From Armatimonadota bacterium (GTDB taxonomy: Bacteria; Armatimonadota; UBA5829; DTLH01): a stretch of DNA of 64,000 bases. The notes beneath the pieces were generated by a model, which ran no database searches, had not been told where the DNA came from, and saw only the letters and a list, made by a program, of their open reading frames with translations. Positions 58,132-64,000 of the stretch are shown in pieces (the first letter of the stretch is position 1; the number at the start of each line of letters is the position of its first letter). Made by a program: the position numbers and the translations under genes. The DNA lies in contig JBDKUN010000056.1 of the NCBI GenBank assembly GCA_039679675.1, forward strand, positions 84,725 to 148,724, read 5' to 3'.

Positions 58132-58974
58132 TTAACCCTGGTTTCCCAGAAAACCCCTGATCAGCCGGGCAACCTCATCAGGGCGTTCTTCCTGCGGGCA
58201 GTGGCCTGATTCCTCTATTATATGAAAATCAGCCGTCTCAATCTCCTGCGCGAGCCGTCGGCCAAGCTCAAGAGGGATGACCTTATCGTACCTGCCCCAT
58301 ATAATGCGCGCTGGAACGGATATGGCGGAGTAAGAAGATACGAAGCCGTCCACATTGGATGGTATGATGTTCTTCGCCGTGGCTATAAGCGAGGAATGAG
58401 CCCCTTTTGACTTGAGCGCGCGGGTGTATGTCTCGACATTCTCGCTCTTCATTCCCCGTTTGCATATAGACCTGGCTGAGTATTTCATGCCCCATCTCTC
58501 CGGAAATACCTTCATGACAAGCGCGGGCAGGACGGGAACCTTGAGAAACCGTATGAACGCAGGGATTTTCTGCGGATAACAGACGCTGTCCACCAAAACC
58601 AGACCGGAGACTGCTTTCTGATGGGCATTTCCCATCTCCTGAAGTATCGCAAGGCACACTCCGCCGCCGAGCGAATGTCCAACAAGCACAGGGCGTTCCA
58701 ACCCCAGCTGATTAATTGCTCCAAGGAGCAGTTCGGCCTGCCGTTTGTAGGTGTACGGCTCCTTACGCGGCTTGTCCGAGTCGCCGAACCCCATCAGATC
58801 GAAACAGACAGCCCTGCAGGTGTCTGAAAGCATCCCCGCAACGGAATTCCACGCAAAAGAGGTTGCGGCAACGCCATGTACGAATACTACAGGCTTGCCC
58901 TGGCCGTAATCTTCGTAAGCCAGCGTTATGCCATCGACAGTTATACGCTTTTTTCTCCGTCCGCCGTCGGACAT
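58132..58974 (-). CDS. Alpha/beta fold hydrolase
   Basis: FVHG, DLMGFGDS, GHSLGG nucleophile elbow, WGRYD, GHCPQEE. Confidence 0.9.
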   Translation of the reverse strand: MSDGGRRKKRITVDGITLAYEDYGQGKPVVFVHGVAATSFAWNSVAGMLSDTCRAVCFDLMGFGDSDKPRKEPYTYKRQAELLLGAINQLGLERPVLVGHSLGGGVCLAILQEMGNAHQKAVSGLVLVDSVCYPQKIPAFIRFLKVPVLPALVMKVFPERWGMKYSARSICKRGMKSENVETYTRALKSKGAHSSLIATAKNIIPSNVDGFVSSYSAISVPARIIWGRYDKVIPLELGRRLAQEIETADFHIIEESGHCPQEERPDEVARLIRGFLGNQG

Positions 58975-58978
58975 GGGT

Positions 58979-59566
58979 CTAGAGGGTCCCTTTTGTGCTC
59001 GGCACTCCCTTTATTCGATCACTTATCGATATGGCTTCGCCGAGCGATCTTGCGAACGACTTGAATGCGGCCTCTACGATGTGATGAGGGTTTGTGCCGC
59101 CAAGCTGGCGGATGTGTATGGTCATCTTCGCATTTCTGGCAAGCGATATAAAGAACTCCTGCACCAGATCAGCAGGAAGATCACCGATTGCCTCGGTGGG
59201 AATATCGAGTGAGTACTCGAGGTGGCCGCGCCCGCTGATGTCGATAGCGGACATCACGAGCGCCTCGTCCATAGGGGCTGTAGTCGACCCGTATCGGTGT
59301 ATGCCTTCTTTTGTTCCAAGTGCCTCGTCGATAGCCTGTCCGAGAGTGATCCCTACGTCCTCCACGGTGTGATGCGGATCGATTTCCAGGTCGCCGGACG
59401 CCTTAACATCCAGGTTGATCAGCGAATGGCGGGACAACTGGTCCAGCATGTGGTCGAAAAACCCCACGCCTGTGCTTATGGAACTCTCTCCAGCGCCGTC
59501 CAACTCGACTCTTACTCGAATATCGGTCTCTTTAGTCTGCCTGTGAATCTCCGCCGTTCGTGCCAT
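58979..59566 (-). CDS. hisB: Imidazoleglycerol-phosphate dehydratase
   Basis: RQTKET, FFDHML, DPHHTVED, PMDEAL, NPHHIVEAAFK, PSTKGTL. Confidence 0.96.
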   Translation of the reverse strand: MARTAEIHRQTKETDIRVRVELDGAGESSISTGVGFFDHMLDQLSRHSLINLDVKASGDLEIDPHHTVEDVGITLGQAIDEALGTKEGIHRYGSTTAPMDEALVMSAIDISGRGHLEYSLDIPTEAIGDLPADLVQEFFISLARNAKMTIHIRQLGGTNPHHIVEAAFKSFARSLGEAISISDRIKGVPSTKGTL

Positions 59567-60863
59567 GATGGCTCTCCTTCTTTCCATTGACCCTGATCTT
59601 GATGGTGTCTGCATGGGCAAAGAACCCTTCAGCTTCCGCCAGGTCTATGACGGTCGGCGCTGCTTCGCGCAACGCATCCTTCGAATACGATATAAGGCTG
59701 CTTTTTTTTACAAAATCGTCGATTGTCACGGGCGAGCTGAACCTTGCTGTGCCTCCGGTCGGCAGCGTGTGGCTGGGCCCGGCAGCGTAATCCCCAAGCG
59801 GTACCGGCGAATAAGCTCCGAGCATAATAGCTCCGGCGTTTTTGATCAGCGGAAGCACTGCCCACGGGTCGCTGACCATAAGTTCAAGATGCTCAGGAGC
59901 GAACTCGTTGACTATTTGAGCTGATTCTTCGAGCGTCCCCGCAATCACAATGACTCCGTTTTCGGCCAGAGACTCGGAAACGATTTCTTTACGCGGAGTT
60001 ATTGTCTTCAGATGTTTGATCTCAGCCAGCACATTGTCGGCAAGTTTTCTGCTCACCGTGACCAGCACCGATCTTGAATCTCCCGCATGTTCAGCCTGCG
60101 AGATCATATCTGCTGCCACGTAGTGAGGATCGGCGCTTTCATCCGCGACTATCATAATCTCGCTCGGACCGGCGATCATATCTATACCGACTACTCCGAA
60201 AAGCTGCCGCTTGGCCTCGGTCACGTAGGGGTTTCCCGGCCCCACGATCTTATCTACCTTGGGAACCGTACTCGTTCCATATGCCATAGCTGCGATTGCC
60301 TGCGCTCCACCTATTTTGAAGACCTCATCTACCCCAGCTTCACGAGCGGCTATCAGCATCATAGGGTCTATGCCGCCGCCGGACTGGGCGGGGGAGCACA
60401 TTATGAAAAACGGTACGCCTGCGACTTTCGCGGGCACAGCGGTCATAAGTACGGAACTCGGATATGTCGCCTTTCCTCCCGGAGCGTAAAGCCCGACGCG
60501 CTCTATCGGCCTAATGATCTGGCCGAGAGTCATACCGTCCCTTATATCTATCCAAGACTGCCTGAGCTGTTTTCGGTGGTAGTATTCGATGTTGGCTTTG
60601 GCTCTTCGAATGGCGGCGATCAACCTTGGCTCGACTTGTTCGTATGCCGCTGTAAACTCATCTTCTGTTACGGACAGTGAGCTGAGCTCGGCTGAATCGA
60701 ACTTCTGTCCGAGTTCAATAAGGGCCTGATCGCCTCTTGATTTGACATCGGCTACGATCTCTTTTGTAATCTGCTCTACTTTTTCCGTAGTTGGTCGCTC
60801 TGGCGAAGCAATCGCGGCGTCGATCTCAGACTGGGGATCTCGTCCGATCTCGAATATCTTCAT
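59532..60863 (-). CDS. hisD: Histidinol dehydrogenase
   Basis: GGAQAIAA, GPGNPYV, IAGPSE, QAEH, APEHLEL, GPSHTLPT. Confidence 0.96.
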   Translation of the reverse strand: MKIFEIGRDPQSEIDAAIASPERPTTEKVEQITKEIVADVKSRGDQALIELGQKFDSAELSSLSVTEDEFTAAYEQVEPRLIAAIRRAKANIEYYHRKQLRQSWIDIRDGMTLGQIIRPIERVGLYAPGGKATYPSSVLMTAVPAKVAGVPFFIMCSPAQSGGGIDPMMLIAAREAGVDEVFKIGGAQAIAAMAYGTSTVPKVDKIVGPGNPYVTEAKRQLFGVVGIDMIAGPSEIMIVADESADPHYVAADMISQAEHAGDSRSVLVTVSRKLADNVLAEIKHLKTITPRKEIVSESLAENGVIVIAGTLEESAQIVNEFAPEHLELMVSDPWAVLPLIKNAGAIMLGAYSPVPLGDYAAGPSHTLPTGGTARFSSPVTIDDFVKKSSLISYSKDALREAAPTVIDLAEAEGFFAHADTIKIRVNGKKESHHGTNGGDSQAD

Positions 60864-60996
60864 ACGCTGCTGGTCTCCTCGAATGGTGTTGCAAGATTAT
60901 ACCAGAGAGCCGGAGACTTGGGCAACGGGCGCAGGGGATGGTAGGGATGAGATGATGTAATTTTCCACCACTCATCCCTCATTCCTGATTTTACAT

Positions 60997-61833
60997 TTAG
61001 GAAGCCGGTTCAGCAGGTGACTCCGGCGTGACAGGATTACTTGGATTTGCCGGTGACTCAGGGGTCTCTGGCATTGGCGCAGCCGGTGTCTCTGGTGTCT
61101 CAGGCGCCGGTGTCACAGTGGGACTCGGCTGGGTTGGTCCGGCTCCAGAGGGAGTTGTTCCTGTCGATTCCGAGGCAGCCGGTGACTTTGGAGTCAGCTG
61201 GACATTCGAGAATGTCACGTCGACAGGAGAAGTAAACCTGTCTCCCAGGTTGCGGTCATGCCGCAGAATATCCGGCGCAGGCGCCTGAACCCTGATCGAG
61301 TATGTACCCGCAGTAGGAATGGAGAAATTCGCGCCATAATGGTCAGCCATCGGGCTCCAAAAGTAAGAGAGCTGCTTCGATTGCACTACATTTCCGGACT
61401 GATCGATAATATTGATTGTGGGCGAGACCGGAATAGGCTTATTTGTGAGAGAGTCCAACACAACGACTTCGATGTGCTGAGTCTCGCCGGGCGCAGGCGG
61501 CACCCAGGTCAGCTGCCCATTCATTGTCTGATAGTAGCCTTTCGGCGGGTCTACCATATAGGCCACCTGGTAATCACCAACAGTGCGCTGGCCGCCGGAC
61601 TGTTTGATGGAGTTCATCAGCATCTCCTGGGACTCACCCATGTTGTCCACGTGTCCGCGCTGCTGGATCACTGAAATCGGCGCAATAGAGATAGCTGACA
61701 CCGCCTCGCCAGGACCGGCGCCGGTCGGCTGAGTCGTCGTAGTCTTTTTCTTTCCGTTAGCCCAGACGCCTCCAGCCATTAGCAATACCAAAAGCATGAT
61801 CATCGCCAGGAAAACAATTCTACTTCCCTTCAT
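60997..61833 (-). CDS. P19/Tp34-like periplasmic iron-transport protein with Pro-rich tail
   Basis: Signal peptide, HIEV, MADHYGANF, GTY; PET/PES-rich C-terminus. Confidence 0.7.
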   Translation of the reverse strand: MKGSRIVFLAMIMLLVLLMAGGVWANGKKKTTTTQPTGAGPGEAVSAISIAPISVIQQRGHVDNMGESQEMLMNSIKQSGGQRTVGDYQVAYMVDPPKGYYQTMNGQLTWVPPAPGETQHIEVVVLDSLTNKPIPVSPTINIIDQSGNVVQSKQLSYFWSPMADHYGANFSIPTAGTYSIRVQAPAPDILRHDRNLGDRFTSPVDVTFSNVQLTPKSPAASESTGTTPSGAGPTQPSPTVTPAPETPETPAAPMPETPESPANPSNPVTPESPAEPAS

Positions 61834-61941
61834 TGCAGATTAGCCTCCTCTTTTCATACCTTGCTTCCGCAAAATACAGTAACTGGATACAAAACTACCC
61901 ATCGTTAATCGTCTATCAAACCAGCAATAGCTGCATATTGA

Positions 61942-61970
61942 TTGACGCAGTATCGTACGGTGGGTAAAAT
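61942..61970 (+). promoter_or_regulatory. sigma70-type promoter
   Basis: TTGACG-N17-TAAAAT. Confidence 0.6.
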
Positions 61971-62001
61971 CTAGATAAGAGATTATATTGGAGGCCATAT
62001 A

Positions 62002-63822
62002 TTGTCGAATTTAAGCCGCCGCGCCTTATTACCGGCTTTTGCCTGCGCGGCTCTTGTTGTTATCACAGGTTTATCAGCCCGCGCCGAGTTCGTCCCACCG
62101 GTGGACTACGCGGCAAGAGGGAGTGAGGCTGTAGTTACGATAAACGACCGCGTAGCAATCAGGTTCAAAGTACCCAATGCCAAATTGACCCCGCTTGAAC
62201 GGGCAAAATTGACCGCCAGCAGGTTGAAGCCGCTCGCAACCGGCGGCTGGAAAGCGATTACTGTAAAATCCGCAAGTAAGAAACGTTCTCAAGTTGTTGT
62301 CAACGACAAGGTGATATGTATAGCCACTGCAGCGGATGCGTCTGCTAACGGGACATCTGCACAAGCGCTCAGCGAAAGCTGGGTAAGGAGTATCAGGCGG
62401 CTTTTCTCCATGCCGCCCATAACACTGACGCCCGCAGAGATCACCATACCCGAAAGCGAGAAGCGCATGACCGCTATCGGTGGGGCAGCACAGGGTGCGA
62501 TAACCCTTTCAGACGGCAACCCCGCTGTAGCGGTATCATCTTTCGATTCTGCTCGCCGGTCTGTAGTTGTCACAGGCAGGGCGGTAGGGCGTTCCACTGT
62601 AGAGATAAGCTGCCAGGGCTGCAGCTGTAAACTTGTAGTCAACGTAAAACGGTATGCCGGAAGAGTGACAGGCATGAAGATGGTTGAAGTCACCGGAGAG
62701 CCCGCGCCGGACTGGCTGCTTAATAAAGTGGCGAGGAAGGCCGCGGCTTCGGTTGTGGCGCTCGAACCGGGAGCCGCAGCGACGTTCGGCAGCCCGAAGA
62801 TAACGTGCGACTCTCTTGGAAAGGGTGAAAGTGTCCGCGTTCTTGTTCCCGTAAGGGCCAGAGGCTCCAAGTTCATCACCGCAGACCTGTTTGCGCCGGT
62901 CGAGGTTGTCAACCGGCCGCTGTCTCACAAATCGGCTGTAGACCTGTTCTACAGCAACGATCCGGAGCGGCTTACACAGTATGGGACACTTTTCACCGGC
63001 AAGCTCTCTTTCGATGAGAAGACCAGGCTCTTCTATCACCACCAGAACATGATGGGTAAGCGAGTGAGGCTTGCAGTCGAGCTTTTGAACGCCGGAGATA
63101 CAGAAGCAGGAGTCCAGACGATAAGCGGAATTGGCCGCCCCATAGTCGATACGGTGGTTGTCGGCTATATGGCTGGAATGGACTTTATCCGGGACCACCT
63201 GCGTAACGTGGGGATGGTCTACCGTATCCCGCCGAGATCGAAAATCGTCGTCTACGCTGATAATCTGAGCCATAACATCACCGCAAGCGGCATTATAGAC
63301 CTGAGACAGTTCGCTGGAGGAGATGTGTATGTCAAAGTCACCGCAAATCCTCCGAGCCTGGGGCAGTTATCGGACGGGCAAGTTGCGTCGATCAGCGACA
63401 CGGAAATACCCAGGCATTTGTCCGAGCATGTATACATGACCCCGACAAAGCAGTTGGATGCGAAATACGTCATAGGCGAGCGCTGGGAATTTATCAGGAT
63501 TGGGAAGTACGCGATCAAGGATGCAGCCGACAAGAAGCAGCTTTTCGGCAACTACGGAGTGATTTACAACATCAATATCCGCATTGAGAACCCGACCGCC
63601 GATGCCCGGACTGTCAAGATCATCTTTGATCCTACAGCAGGCCCCGCATCGGGGATTTTCGTCGTCGAAGGCAGGATAATAGGCGTAAAGATGGTCGCGC
63701 CGCCGAGAGAGTTCCAGATAACGGCTGTTCGGGTACCCGCCGGACAGTCAAAAGAGCTGACCATAACCACTATGCCGCTCGGAGGCTCGGCCTATCCTGC
63801 ATCGATCGTGATCAGACCGTAA
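62002..63822 (+). CDS. Secreted hypothetical protein
   Basis: 606-aa ORF, RBS GGAGG, signal peptide (SRRALL), FYSNDPE and GNYGVIY motifs. Confidence 0.75.
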   Translation: MSNLSRRALLPAFACAALVVITGLSARAEFVPPVDYAARGSEAVVTINDRVAIRFKVPNAKLTPLERAKLTASRLKPLATGGWKAITVKSASKKRSQVVVNDKVICIATAADASANGTSAQALSESWVRSIRRLFSMPPITLTPAEITIPESEKRMTAIGGAAQGAITLSDGNPAVAVSSFDSARRSVVVTGRAVGRSTVEISCQGCSCKLVVNVKRYAGRVTGMKMVEVTGEPAPDWLLNKVARKAAASVVALEPGAAATFGSPKITCDSLGKGESVRVLVPVRARGSKFITADLFAPVEVVNRPLSHKSAVDLFYSNDPERLTQYGTLFTGKLSFDEKTRLFYHHQNMMGKRVRLAVELLNAGDTEAGVQTISGIGRPIVDTVVVGYMAGMDFIRDHLRNVGMVYRIPPRSKIVVYADNLSHNITASGIIDLRQFAGGDVYVKVTANPPSLGQLSDGQVASISDTEIPRHLSEHVYMTPTKQLDAKYVIGERWEFIRIGKYAIKDAADKKQLFGNYGVIYNINIRIENPTADARTVKIIFDPTAGPASGIFVVEGRIIGVKMVAPPREFQITAVRVPAGQSKELTITTMPLGGSAYPASIVIRP

Positions 63823-63874
63823 ATTGAACACGGATGAATTCTTTCTCTCACGAAAGCACGAAATAAGGAAAACA

Positions 63875-64000
63875 GGTAGTGGCATTAACTAACTTGGCGG
63901 TGGCCTGTAGGATACCAGTTCCCGCATTGTCCATATATGATCTGTAAGTCCTGCAGCCATTGCCGGTGTTCGATTTTGCCATTTTCGTCGCCCTCGTGGC
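63875..64000 (-). mobile_element. End of an IS1-family-like element: transposase C-terminus (stop at 63889-63891) and probable terminal inverted repeat
   Basis: Minus strand reads [51 protein letters not shown] at 63875 resembles IS1-type ends. Confidence 0.75.

Overview
Bacterial chromosomal window, most consistent with Armatimonadota. This is inferred from a DUF1559-type prepilin, a PEP-CTERM protein, an LptD-like gene, 'ENTDRSxGIKV' OB-type modules and Firmicutes-like ffh-rpsP-rimM-trmD-rplS synteny. Most of it is housekeeping and sugar metabolism: a GH2 gene, xylA, a rhamnulokinase-like kinase, hemA, hisD/hisB, fba and fliW-csrA. The standout is 7.2-22.8 kb, a tandem array of four paralogous, modular, secreted proteins (744-1501 aa). 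Each is its own transcription unit with a TTGAC[AC]-N17-[TC]ATA[TC]A promoter, a conserved ~80-90 nt two-hairpin leader motif showing stem covariation around invariant loop sequences, a shared RBS and a terminator. A fifth, decayed copy of the motif has no gene. I do not recognise the motif as any known riboswitch or ribozyme, so it is a candidate novel cis-regulatory RNA. Also seen: a c-di-AMP (ydaO)-type riboswitch ahead of a STAS gene, a 6S-like RNA candidate, two further sRNA candidates, LacI-type operators and the end of an IS1-like element at the right edge. All calls were made by eye; no searches were run.
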